Assembly: GCF_009914755.1 (NCBI RefSeq)
Contig: NC_060947.1
Origin: the human T2T-CHM13v2.0 reference genome, Homo sapiens
Strand: one strand, 5' to 3'
DNA: 64,000 nt
Of this stretch, positions 28,017 to 41,030 are shown one piece after another (position 1 is the first letter of the stretch; each line of letters begins with the position of its first letter). Both the position numbers and the translations under genes were made by a program. The notes beneath the pieces are model-generated. The model did not search any database and was not told the origin of the DNA. It saw nothing but the letters and a program-made list of their open reading frames with translations.

Positions 28017-29356
28017 ACCATCCTACGGTATCCAGGGAACAGAAAGCAGGATGCAGGATGGGAGGACAGGAAGGCAGCCTGGGACATTTAAAAAAATAAA
28101 AATGAAAAAAAAACCCAGAACCCATTTCTCAGGGCACTTTCCAGAATTCTCTCATATTTGTGGGCTGGGATCAAGCCTGCAGCTTGAGGAAAGCACAAGG
28201 AAAGGAAAGAAGATCTGGTGGAAAGCTCAGGTGGCAGCGGACTCTGACTCCACTGAGGAACTGCCTCAGAAGCTGCGATCACAACTTTGGCTGAAGCCCC
28301 TGCCTCACTCTAGGGCACCTGACCTGGCCTCTTGCCTAAACCACAAGGCTAAGGGCTATAGACAATGGTTTCCTTAGGAACAGTAAACCAGTTTTTCTAG
28401 GGATGGCCCTTGGCTGGGGGATGACAGTGTGGGAGCTGTGGGGTACTGAGGAAGACACCATTCCTTGACGGTGTCTAAGAAGCCAGGTGGATGTGTGTGG
28501 TGGCTCCAGTGGGTGTTTCTACTCTGCCAGTGAGAGGCAGCCCCCTAGAAACTCTTCAGGCGTAATGGAAAATCAGCTCAAATGAGATCAGGCCCCCCCA
28601 GGGTCCACCCACAGAGCACTACAGAGCCTCTGAAAGACCATAGCACCAAGCGAGCCCCTTCAGATTCCCCCACTGTCCATCGGAAGATGCTCCAGAGTGG
28701 CTAGAGGGCATCTAAGGGCTCCAGCATGGCATATCCATGCCCACGGTGCTGTGTCCATGATCTGAGTGATAGCTGCACTGCTGCCTGGGATTGCAGCTGA
28801 GGTGGGAGTGGAGAATGGTTCCCAGGAAGACAGTTCCACCTCTAAGGTCCGAAAATGTTCCCTTTACCCTGGAGTGGGAGTGAGGGGTCATACACCAAAG
28901 GTATTTTCCCTCACCAGTCTAGGCATGACTGGCTTCTGAAAAATTCCAGCACACCTCCTCGAACCTCATTGTCAGCAGAGAGGGCCCATCTGTTGTCTGT
29001 AACATGCCTTTCACATGTCCACCTTCTTGCCATGTTCCAGCTGCTCTCCCAACCTGGAAGGCCGTCTCCCCTTAGCCAAGTCCTCCTCAGGCTTGGAGAA
29101 CTTCCTCAGCGTCACCTCCTTCATTGAGCCTTCTCTGATCACTCCATCCCTCTCCTACCCCTCCCTCCCCCAACCCTCAATGTATAAATTGCTTCTTGAT
29201 GCTTAGCATTCACAATTTTTGATTGATCGTTATTTGTGTGTGTGTGTCCGATCTCACAAGTATATTGTAAACCCTTCGGTGGGTGGGGGCCATATCCTAG
29301 ACCTCTCTGTATCCCCCAGACTATCTGTAACAGTGCCAGGCACACAGTAGGTGATC

Positions 29357-29362
29357 AATAAA
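29357..29362 (+). terminator. Distal poly(A) signal of CLDN2, within an L2 3' tail
   Basis: AATAAA followed by GT-rich ctgtgttactg; context cagtgccaggcacacagtaggtgatcAATAAAcacttgttgattga matches the L2 terminus. Confidence 0.75.
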
Positions 29363-32300
29363 CACTTGTTGATTGAGTAACTGTGTTACTGATTAAAAGG
29401 GGCCCAGAACGGGCAAGTGAAACTCGAGGGATTTCGGCTAAGGGGAGGGGAGGGTGGAAACTGGCATTTCTTTCCACAGGGTAGATAGACAATTCTAGAC
29501 CTTACTAGAAATAATTAGAAAGCATGACAATCTCCTCCCCAAGGCAACTCCAACCTCTTCAACTTGCCCAGGGCTCTTTCCTTTTCATAACAATTGTTTT
29601 CAGTTATTTACTAAACGATGATGTATTTATTCCTTCCATTCTCTGAACCACTATCATGAGGAAGGTAAAATGGATCTGATCATCTGCATTTGGCAGATGG
29701 GGAAACTAAAGCCCACACAAGTAAATAGATTTTCCCAGGGACACAAAGATAGTGTTAGTTCCCTCAGTCTCCTGACTCCCAAAATAGGACCCTGCTAATC
29801 CCACACTATTCACAGCCAATAGAAGAGCCTTCCAGAGGTCCCCAAGCTACCTGAGGAAAATAACTCACAGCCAGCCAGGTAACAAGGAGGGCACACAGGC
29901 TCTCCTGGTCGCCCATGAGGGCAATCTGGGAAATCATCAAGTGTACCACCTGGAACTGCCCTCTCCTGCTATGCTGGCCAGCCTGGGCCCAGCTAGCTGC
30001 TCTACCAGGGGGATGCCGGGCTTACATTGAGTAAAACACAATACCTCAGTTCCAATTCCCCTAACTCTGAAGGTGTGGCAGTTTGGGAGGCCAATGATTT
30101 GGCCCTGTTCTACACTCACTAGGAATTAACAAAGCCCCATTCATAAGGGTGTTCACTGTGGCAATACTGACAATAATGGGGCCCTACCTGATTCAGCTTA
30201 ACCAGCCCCTGGATCTAGAGGGCCCCACCACATAGCCTGTTGTATCAGACACTACCCTTGCACTTCTGAAGTGAGCCTTCTTTGGTGCAGAGGCTAGAAC
30301 ATCAGCATCCAAGTCCATTTAGAGGGAATGGCAGCAGGCAGGGATAAGGGGAGAGAGAGAAGCTCCCTGGATAAAAGCTTAACAAGAAGTCATGTCTCTG
30401 GTCTGGCACCAGGAACCCCAGAGCCCTTGATTGGGGGCCACTGGAGGTTGGAAGATAAAACCACCTTGCTGGCTCTGCTATGCTGAGTGGGCAGCAGTCT
30501 GGTATGGGCTCTGATGAGCCACCATCTGGCTGCTAAAGCACTTGCAGATCCACTGATTTCACTGCATTCTCCACATACTCCAGTGAAGTGGGTCTTTTAC
30601 AAGAGACAAAATGGAGGCCCAGAGATGTGAGTAATATCACTCAGGTCACAGTGTCAGAGTTTGAACATAAGCTTAGAAACTTCTCACAGCAACGTGAGCC
30701 CAGCATTCTGGTCTCAGAAGGTGTATGAGGACGTATTGCTCTTCAGACTCTTGCAGGCTTCGTGTCCCTGTCTGCCACTGGAATACAAGGGCCTTTGTTG
30801 GATATAGAGCACAGAGCTTCCCTTCATCTTAGAAGGAGGCTGGCCTGAGGGGTCCTCCTACCTTTGTTAATCTGGGAAGTTTCAGTGGAAGGAGTCAGAA
30901 GTTCATCCTCAACTAGAAAAGCCAGGGAAGACCTAACAAAGAGCAACTGTTCCCTCCAGCTGGTTGAGCAAGAAAGGCTTTGCTCTAAGTAGTTTCCTAG
31001 AAATATTCCCGGCTCCTGGGTCCAGGGCAAACACTTTTCAGCTCACCCCATTGCCTTCCCTCATAAAGTAATTTAGATTAGCCACAGAGCTAGGGGATAG
31101 TGAAGGCCACTATGTTTATGCTCCAGCCCCATGGCTCTGACCCTTGCACAAGGAGAGATGTTTCTGTCCTCTCTCATTCCTCTGATAGTAACATGACTCA
31201 TATTTTCTTCCCCTTGGAGCCCTAGTGACCCACTGCTATGTGATCATTAATGGGCGAAGAAGGACTGAAACTGGCTTCTTAGTGGAAAGGCAAGCTCCAA
31301 CTTTCGGAAAGACCTTTGTCCAGCCATTCAAACAGCTATCTGCTGGCCAGCCCACACTCACTGAACTCTTACTCTGTGTCAGGAAATGTGCAAAGGGCTT
31401 TGAGGGCGATGAGAGTGAACAAGGTAAAGTTTGTACCCTGTAGGAACTGACAGCTCATCTAGAGGAGATAAGACATGGACACCTAACTGTGGTACGAGGC
31501 AGCATATGGGCTGTCCTGTGAAAGACGTGACAAAAGTGATATAAGATAGGGGTCAAGGGCTGATAAAAATAGTCTTGTAAGTCCCCTTAAATTCCAATCC
31601 ATATGAAATGAGGGCCTGGCACTACATGAGCTTTTGGGGAAAGCATGATGAAAACTGCTTCTTGCAATGGAAGGACTCCGGGAAATTGAGCAATCGGGTG
31701 TAGAGGCGGTGCTAAGGAGGTAGCAGAGATATGCTGTGCAGCTAATCTGGAATCCTTCTGAGTTTGCCTCACAGGACCCTTATGTGACTCTAAAAGAAGG
31801 AGTGACCCTGGGGCTCAGCTTCTGCTCCCTCATCTCCTTCCCTTGCACAAGACTTTGGAATTTGCTGGGGGCAGCACAATCAGTGCCCATTCAGGTAGCC
31901 AGGGGCCTTTTGTCTCTGGACCAGAGGAGAAATGCAGGTGTGGGAGAAGGGAGACAGGCAAGAGAAGAGCCTAGTGCTAAAGGAAGGTGATGAGGCCTTG
32001 CAGGGCCAACTCTGTTCCCTCCCACTCAGCCCTGGGCCCACGGACAGGGGATTCTTTCGTGCCTGCAGCAGCCCACTCTGGGACACAGAGGCCCAGGCCA
32101 GGAAGTGCATGTGCTTCTCCTCAGCTGGCTGAAGCCTGGCTTTCACCCAGACTGGTCTCCCTGCTCAAGCGGCTCCCGGCTTTGATGAGAAATTCTGTTA
32201 TCTCAAGAGGGAAAAGAACCTCAAACAGGAAGTCTAGCAGGTTATCTCTCTCTTCTGCCCTAAGTGGTGGCTCACTATATGCTGTGATGTGATCACTGAT

Positions 32301-32701
32301 AAAATATTAACAGGCTGTTATCAGGCACAGTAATGCAGAGGCTATAATCTGACCACTTCCTCCCACCCCACAGCCCACCACTTTCCTGGGAATTGCAGCT
32401 CAGGAATTTCTTAACTCTCACCTAAAATTCCCTGCTCTGGGCTTCATCACCCCCAAAGACAAGCAGCAGTCTTAGAGCTTGATAAAGCAGGAAGCCACCA
32501 TGCAAGGGCACATCATCAGGTCCATTTTAGGAGAGAGCTGCTGCTTTCCCGTCCTCTCTGAAGTCCTATTCCTCCAGAATGGCAGCCTCACCACTTCACA
32601 GGTCACCTCCTCAGGAGTTTTGAAGAAGTTTCCATCTGAAAATTCTCATGACCTTGTGGAGATAACACTGAAAACGCTCACATGCTTTAAAAAAGATACT
32701 A

Positions 32702-32998
<297 letters not shown>

Positions 32999-33201
32999 GA
33001 TACTAGCGAGGTTAATGGGATGTGAAATGAGATGCCAAACGAGTGCGAATAGTGTGGTGGACAAGCCAGCATTTGAGTAGTAGCTCCTATTCTCCACCAG
33101 TGTTTTCAGAGTCTGTGATATTTGACCAAATTCTGTGTGGGCTGCTCAGGAGAAAAGCCAGTTAAACAAAAACTCATTTTTAGTAGAGATGGGGTTTCAC
33201 G

Positions 33202-33523
33202 TGTCCCTTTGTAGGGACATGGATGAAATTGGAAATCATCATTCTCAGTAAACTACACAAGAACAAAAAACCAAACACCGCATATTCTCACTCATAGGTG
33301 GGAATTGAACAGTGAGATCACATGGACACAGGAAGGGGAACATCACACTCTGGGGACTGTTGTGGGGTGGGGGGAGGGGGGAGGGATAGCATTGGGAGAT
33401 ATACCTAATGCTAGATGACGAGTTAGTGGGTGTAGCGCACCAGCATGGCACATGTATACATATGTAACTAACCTGCACAATGTGCACATGTACCCTAAAA
33501 CTTAAAAGTATAATAAAAAAAAA
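33202..33523 (+). mobile_element. 5'-truncated L1PA2 (ORF2 end + 3' UTR + poly(A))
   Basis: Near-identical to the young L1 3' end; GAG (not ACA/ACG) at gatgacGAGttag and A at the 3' diagnostic site; G-rich tract 33364-33385. Confidence 0.92.
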
Positions 33524-34029
33524 TCAAGGAAAAGGCAGACAGGATGAGAAAGGGGGTGCCATCCTCCTGTTGGCAATTCCGGAGGTACCTTGTATGGTTA
33601 ATTTTACTTCTCTGTGTGTAATAATAAACCAATATGTTCTTAAGTGTCACTTTCTCACTCCCCAAGAGACTTGTCCAACTCAGCACTGTCTGGAGAGGGG
33701 GATTCAAAGCAGCCAGTGAGAACACCCATGGGCAGAGGCCAGCAAGTCCAAGACCTCCCGCAGTGTAAGAATAGGATCTCGATAGCTGTTTGGATATCAG
33801 GAAAGCTGCCAAGTGACAGTTGTGAGTGAAAAACCCAGTCAAGGGGAAATGAATTTCCACGTTGTTTGGAGGGATATTCATTATATAAGTGAACAATTTC
33901 CTGATCATGAGGGCCGTTAAACATTGTGTGGGATTGTGAAACTGTCTTCCTTGGAAATTCCTGTTAGTGTGGGCTGGCTTTAGCATTTTCCTATTAAAAG
34001 GAAGAAGACAAGACTAATCATTTTCAAGA

Positions 34030-34240
34030 TAGGCAGTATGGTGTAATAGGCAGTGAGTTTGGGCTCTGGAGTCAGATGAATCTGGGTTTGAATTTTGCCT
34101 CTGCACTCTAGCTGGGTGGCCTTGGGAAAGCCACTTCAATTCTCTACAATTCAGTTTCCTCATCTATAAAATGTGGATGAGAGCTGCCTCTCAGTGTGGT
34201 CATGGTATACAGTAGGTACTAACAAATGGGTAATAAATAA
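34030..34240 (+). mobile_element. MIR
   Basis: ggctctggagtcagatgaatctgggtttgaat...tcagtttcctcatctataaaatg. Confidence 0.8.
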
Positions 34241-36069
34241 GTAGATTGGTGACCTAAAGGTAGGGTCAAAGCCACACCAAAATGTGTCTTTGGGGAATGG
34301 GGGCAGACAACAAAGTGTATTTTCTGCCACAGATCTGAATCCATGTTATCAAAGGAATAGTCTTTCCCAGGCCAAAACTTCTCAAGATTCTTCCCCAAAG
34401 TTCAAATATCTTGAAGACCTTGGATGGGTTTCCACTCATAAAATGTGGGAGGCCAGGGGAAAGGCAGACCTGAGAAGTTGGAGAGGGAAGGGATAATGGT
34501 GGCTGTCATCCACATCTGTGACCATGTGGATTGGAACAAATCCATGATTAACCAGGTCTCACTGCTAGAGAAATGGTCAATCCAAGGTAACTACACACTG
34601 TGGTTAACATTCCAAATTTAAGGACAATTGGAGAGATTTCAACAGCTACTTCATCCTAATTCATTAAGCAGGTTTAGCACAGCCCCTCTTGCTGGCATTT
34701 CCCAGCCCTTGGTTGATTGTGTTCCTTATGCTTCACACTGGATAATCCACTCTCTCAAACCCTCTTGGGTATTTCTGTATTCACTCCCCACCCAGTCTTA
34801 TGACTTTGTTTACTCTTCCCTATACCTGGAAAACCCTCCCCACACATCTTCAGCTTTCCAATCCTTCCAGGTTTCCAGGGCCTATCTGGAAGATCAGACC
34901 TTCTGGAACACTTTCCTGAGCCTCTGTCTAAAGTCATCTTGCCTGCCTGAGGGCACAATGGACAGATATATGGAAGGTGTTTGGTATGTTGAAAGCACCC
35001 AAAACATTTGCACGGTTTTATCTAAAATTGGGTTGGGAATTTCTGGTGAATCACATCAAAACTTTGGGCTTAGGGATGGGGGCAAGTAACAAAATTTCTT
35101 CTGAAAGATTTTATTTTCTATTAGAAAATGAATGCCATTTATGTCTCACTTGGTAACTAAAGCTTTCACATACTAAGACTAAGTCAGCTCTTCTTTCAAT
35201 TATCTAATTTATTATCCAAACATGTGCTCTAAGTTTTGATTCAGAAAGTGTAGTTCCTTAATGCCCCCCTTTGCCTAATAGAAGTCATGAGTTAGAGATG
35301 TCCATTTCACAAAGCGTAAGTCATTCTTTGAAGGAAATTACACTTGACTTAGCCTGAGCTCACACCTGGCATTCCTGAGCTTCACTCCAAATACAGAACT
35401 ATAGAAAAGGGTTTGAATTCATATACAGAATTCTGAAAGACATTCTATCTGGAGTCTGCCTCTGGGAATGAAGAGCTTGCAATTAAGCCTCTGCCTCTGA
35501 ATTGTTAGCCCAGATAATCTGCAATCACTAAACCTGGGCAAGCAAATTTTCTGTTCCCTGGGGCCACAAGGTACCTGGTCTAAGCCTCTACCTAAGCTGC
35601 CCATTAGTTCATCCAACAAGCACGTATCGACCTCCTAGTGCCCAGAACTTGTTTCCTACAAACTTGTTCTGTCTGTTCTTTGCTTGTGGATAGCTCCTTT
35701 CTTCTCTTGATACAAACTATCACCACTCAGAAAAAGTGAACAGACGCCTCCTCAGAATGTTTTCTTTCTCCTTTTAGTTCTCATTCTCAAGATCTGGTCT
35801 CTACAGACATCTCCTGGTTATGTTTTATAGTTCTCAGTATTTAAAAATTGCATGCCAGGGAGCCTCTTTTGATAAGATTCAGAATGTTTGTAGTAAAGAG
35901 TACCCACATTCCTGTTCTCCTTTGGTAGCCTTTCTACCTACCCATACCAAAGATCAGTTAAAGAGAAATACTAGGCCACTGCAGCTCACGCTAATTGTCC
36001 CTTATAACCTATAGCACTTATTATCTCAGTCTTTCATTTTCCAACTTGAATGTACAGGATTGCCATCTA

Positions 36070-37800
36070 CCTCACTCATACTGTATTTATCCAACCCCTT
36101 CTATGAACAAGGCACTGTTTTAGGCCCCTGAGGGAGATGAAGACATGAACAAAACACAGTTCCCATCATTAACTAACTACCTCCTAGATCCCTGGTACTA
36201 GGATAAGCTCTAGGATACAGTGGTTGGCAAAAACAGGCATGGCCCTTCCCCTCATGAAACTTACTAGTGAGGGAGGCAGACGGGGAGCATGTGTATTGTG
36301 TTCACTACTGTATATCACAAGGCACATAGTCAGTACTCAATAAATATTTGTTGAGTGAAAGCAAATGACCATATATATCATGATACATTGTGAGGTGCTA
36401 TGAATTGAGGAAAACGGGAAACAGTGATAGCATAATAGGGTAGATAGAGACAAAAGGCTGCCAGGGAATGCCTGTCTGATTAAGTGACACAACAAGACCT
36501 GAAGGATGGGGACTAGCCAGCTATATGCTAACACTGGAGATGGGAGCATTCTAGCGGAGGGAGCAGTATGGGTAAAGTATGCTTGGGGAGAGGGAATAGC
36601 AGGGTAAAGTCTCTGAGGTAAGTAAGAGCTCGACATGTGTCCATAGGAAGACTACAGTGAGCCAGGGGGAAAGTGGTATATGAAGAGGGGTTGCAAGAGA
36701 CAAAGTATAAGTAGGCAGGGGCCTTGCAGGATACTGTAAGCAGTTTGGATTTTATTCTAAGTGTCAATGAGAAGTCATTTAAGGGCTTCAGGCAGGGGGG
36801 TCACATGATCTATTACTTTAAAAAAAAAATCACTGTCTATAGACAACTGTAGGAACAAGAGTAGAAGCAAGGACTCCAGCTAGGAGTTATAATAACCCAT
36901 GGGAGATCATGGCAGTTTGGACTAAGGTAGCTGTAGTAAAAGTGAGGAGAGTCAAGACACACTTTGGAAGTAGAACTGACAGACTTGTTGACAGACTGGA
37001 TGTAGGGAGTGAGAGAAGAGGAAAATTAGGGATAACTTCCAGGTTTCTAGCTTAAACAACTGGATGGGTGGAGGTGCCATTATCTAAGATGAGGAAAACT
37101 GGGAGAAAGGGAACAGCCCCAGGGTGTATCACTGCTTATTTTTAATGAGGCATGTTAAGTGTACATGTCAAGTAGGCAGCTGAATATTTGAATCTAGAGC
37201 TTTCTAATAGGGAAGACAGGACAAGGATGTTTGTGATAAAAGCCTTGAAAACTTAAATGTTCACAGAGAAATTTTTTGTCTAGCTGGGTTAATCAGAGAA
37301 GTTTGCAGGAAAAAGTTGGCATTTGAGCCAAAGGAAAGATGATGAGGGAAAGCATTGCAGCTAAAGGGAATGAAATTGCAAAGATGGAGATGGGAGAAAT
37401 CTTAAAAGCATGTTCAGAAACTGGAAAATTGTTCAGTTTAGATGGAATGTGGCTTGTATCCGGAATGTTTCAAGATGACTCTAGAAAGGATGACTGAAGC
37501 CAGATCACAAAGGGCTTTGAGCACCATCCTAGGGAATTTGTATTGTACTCGGTGGGCAATTGGGAACACTAGCAAGTCTTTAAGCAGAGGCATGACCTGA
37601 CGAAGTTGTTAAAAAACAAAATTTGGTGACACTGAGTAGGGCGGATCGAGGAGGGAGAACAGGAGGCAAGGGAGGCCATCTAAGAATTTATTTAGATAAT
37701 CAAGGCATGAGGTAACAAGTTATTTAGGTAATAACCTAAATGCTTATCATGGCAATAGGAAGTTAAAGGGCAAATGTGGGAGACATTTCAAAGGGGAATT
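36070..37800 (-). mobile_element. L2 fragments
   Basis: tttggattttattctaagtgtcaatgagaagtcatt, gacagactggatgtaggga and related antisense L2 motifs; small sense L2 tail at about 36290-36360. Confidence 0.6.
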
Positions 37801-39268
37801 ATGATTATGTTAACCTAACAGGAGAGCCAGGAGGAGGCACCTGCTTTTTTCTTCTCAATGTCTTTTGCCTCCACACTAGATCGTAACCTCTGGTAAGGCT
37901 GGGAGATATTTTTCAATCTTTCCACAGTGGGATTTAACACTATCAAGGAGATCTCATGCTGGTATGGCTTCTTAGTAAATAGGAAACAAAGAGGTGGCTC
38001 TGGTATTGAAGTGAATGGACTCACACAGACAGTGGTGCTGGAAAAAGCAGTGTGGGGTCAGGTCCACAAACCAGGGAATGGGCTGAGAGTAAGCACTAGG
38101 AAAGATGAGTTCAAATTTCCTACCTTCTTCCCTTTAAAGCCTCATTGCCTGCCCTCCTTCCTACTCAGTCCCCTCATTCACCCAACAAACACTCACACAG
38201 GCAGAACCTTCAATGCTCTGAATTTTTCCTTCCAGCAGACTCCCATCCATCTGTGTGAAATCTCACCCACTCACAGCCCCCATCTGATGAATAAGTCTCA
38301 CTGAGAGAATGTCGGAATGTGCTACTCTTCCCTCGGTACTATTTACATTTAGACAACTGCGGCCTTGACTATCATAATCCAAATGTCTAACATGAAAATT
38401 AATCATATGGCAAGCTAGAGCTGGGGTGAGGTGGAAGGTAAGGGGGCAGGGGGTATCTTTAAGTACTCATTCTAATGATGAAGCCTGGATTTGGCCTCCC
38501 CTCATTCCCTGCAGTCTCACTTGGGCTATGTACTATGAGCCCCCTTTCGAAGGAGTTAAAATTAATTTGGAAAAGTGTTCTGAAGTAACTCTGTGGAGGA
38601 GAAACAGAATGAATATCCAAGACATTTCCTCTGGACTAGCTAATCCTTTTGCCACTGCTTGATCTCACCTTCCTTTGATTGTTTCTCCTCTACTTCCTAC
38701 TTTTTACTGTTGGTATATTTTTATGTGTTCATTATTCAATGTCTTTTGAAAAGTACCCTGAACTCTTTGGAGAGTATGTGCTATGTAAACACAATAAAGA
38801 AATGAATACAATGTCTCCTTTTACAAGAGAATAAGTTTTACTATTTCTGATAGTACGAAGTTTACCCCTCACTCAGCACTAGCCTGAAGAGTAAGTAGGT
38901 ATATTCTGAGGGACATCAGATTCCACTCTAAAGTACTTCCCTAACTACCTGAAATCCCATTAATTTGATGACAAATATATTTTTTAATTTGAGCCTTATA
39001 GGTTTTTCAAGAATCCCTTATTAAAATGCGAATACCAAAGCAGGCGAACAGATCATGATATAACCTTAGTCCCCTTTATATTAACCCACCACTTCTATCG
39101 AACACATTTTTCACATTCCAAATTTTTCCATGCCTTTGTTTATGCTTTTCTTCTTCCAGAGGTAATGCTAAATTTAATATAAATTAGAAATATAACATTA
39201 CCTTATATTTTCACATAATCTCTCATTTGATATTCAAATCCAAGCCTACTTGATCTTTTTAAAAACAA

Positions 39269-39274
39269 TTTATT
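39269..39274 (-). terminator. MORC4 poly(A) signal
   Basis: tttatt reads AATAAA on -, about 720 nt beyond the stop codon. Confidence 0.7.
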
Positions 39275-39883
39275 TTTTTCCAATGTAAGAATAACAAGTT
39301 TAATATTGAAAATCTGAAAAAGGCAGGAAGATAGGAAGAAGAAAAATATCAACCATAGTCCTACCACCTAAAGAACACTCACTGACAGTGTGGCCATGCT
39401 CATTCTTTAAGCCTTAATTTAGGTCCCATTTCTGGTGTGGTGCCTTCCTTGAACTTCCTCCCCCAGATCTTCCATGTCATATCTGTACCACTCAGTTGTA
39501 CATATCATACACTTTTGTGTATAATGTGATGTATGTCTTATGTTTCCAACGAGATTGTTACATCTTCGAAGGCTGCAAACATGAGTTGTACTTGTTAGCT
39601 TACCCCAAAATAATACCTGGTATACCGGACCCAATATCTGCTGATTGATCTAACCTAAATGAATACAAACCATTTCAGAAAAAGATATACAATAGACCAC
39701 ATATCCAGGTCATGAAAATTAAAGCTTTCAGGTCACCTAGCTTAGTGACTATTGCTTTTCTGACCCTAGACTCTTGAAAGCCTATTTAAACTGGCCTCTT
39801 TCTCCACACCAAAACTGATAAAAAGGAGACTGATTATGAGCCAGGATTTACACAGAGATTCTCTATATAAGGCATAAAGGTGA

Positions 39884-39887
<4 letters not shown>

Positions 39888-39927
<40 letters not shown>
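39888..39927. repeat. (GA)20 microsatellite in MORC4 3' UTR
   Basis: Direct reading. Confidence 0.97.
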
Positions 39928-39928
<1 letters not shown>

Positions 39929-39994
39929 GTGAGGGAGGGAGAGAAAAGAGAACAGACAGAAGATAAGAGAAGAGAAGGGTATACAGTCTGGTGC

Positions 39995-40148
39995 TCAATC
40001 CAGTATGTGATTTGCCTCCAGCACCGTGTACAGGATCCCATCCACTTGTTCTGAGTCATACCCGATCTCACGAAGCTCCAAGTGAGGGAGGACAGAAGTA
40101 AGGAGATAGCTGACGTGGATACGTAGCCGCGTAAGCTTTGCCAAAGCC
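39995..40148 (-). CDS. MORC4: MORC4 last coding exon: (R)ALAKLTRLRIHVSYLLTSVLPHLELREIGYDSEQVDGILYTVLEANHILD*
   Basis: Acceptor TTCATACAG|; 154 nt to TGA; phase 2 matches the upstream exon; MORC-type C-terminus. Confidence 0.95.
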
Positions 40149-40453
40149 CTGTATGAAGGAGTGAGGGGGCAGGAGAAGAGATGACATGAAGTCATTAACC
40201 AACAGAATAAAATGAAGCCCCTTCAAAATGGAACCACATTTCTCAACAGTTATGTTTTCATTAGCTAGAAAGAAGAAAGCACAACGCCACCAAGCACAGG
40301 GAGACTGGCTGCAGCTTTCTAAGAAGTAATTACTCAATTCTTGGTGGCCTGTGAATTAAGGCTTCCTCCTTTGTCTACGGCCAGTAAGTGGGGGTCCTAA
40401 GGGATGCTTCCCATTAGCACTCACAAGCTGATAACTAAACCCTAGTAATTAAC

Positions 40454-40737
40454 CTTTCTAGGTCATCTCCCTCTGGGGTCCGGTAGGAGACCTGAGCCTT
40501 CTGCAGCATTTCCAGGTGTGTCTCTGTTTCCTTCAGTTTCTCTTTTAACTCTTGCTTTTCCTCTTTGGTTCTTTCCAGCTCAGCTTTCAGAATCTGGAAT
40601 TCAGCTTGGCGATAACCCATGTGTTTCTTGCTCCAGTACAAGCCTTCCGCCTCCTGGGTACTGTAGATCACCAATTCATGTTGGACTTTCTTGAATTCAG
40701 ACTGCCAGTGATTCCTCTCCTGTTCCAGCTCCTCCAC
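40454..40737 (-). CDS. MORC4: MORC4 penultimate exon, coiled coil (VEELEQERNHWQSEFKK...GDDLE)
   Basis: 284 nt, CTGCAG| acceptor, AG|GTTAAT donor; inside ORF 40435..40782. Confidence 0.95.
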
Positions 40738-41030
40738 CTGCAGTCCAAGAAACAGAAATTCAATGACCCCACAAAAGAGCACGCCAAAAACCGTTCCTCA
40801 TATGGTCATCCTGTGATTCCACTATACATATTCCTCTACTTATGGGCCTTTTCAATACCCTAAAATGGGCAGGAAGCCTACTACAGTTACTCTATCTGAA
40901 ACACACCACAGAATAGTTCAGGGGCATATTTTATTTAAAGGCCTCAGAACATTAAATAATCAGGGCACCAATGTCCCGCTCCCTTGGTTACTATGGTCTC
41001 TTATTCCTAGTGGTGAGGTATTACCCTAAC

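Noticed and set aside
28090-28113. AATAAA in an A-rich run as a separate CLDN2 3' end
   Set aside because: The genomic A tract would cause oligo-dT internal priming; cannot be supported from sequence alone.
33495-33986. 163-aa minus-strand ORF
   Set aside because: Spans a CR1/L3-like remnant and the L1 tail; no protein-like features.
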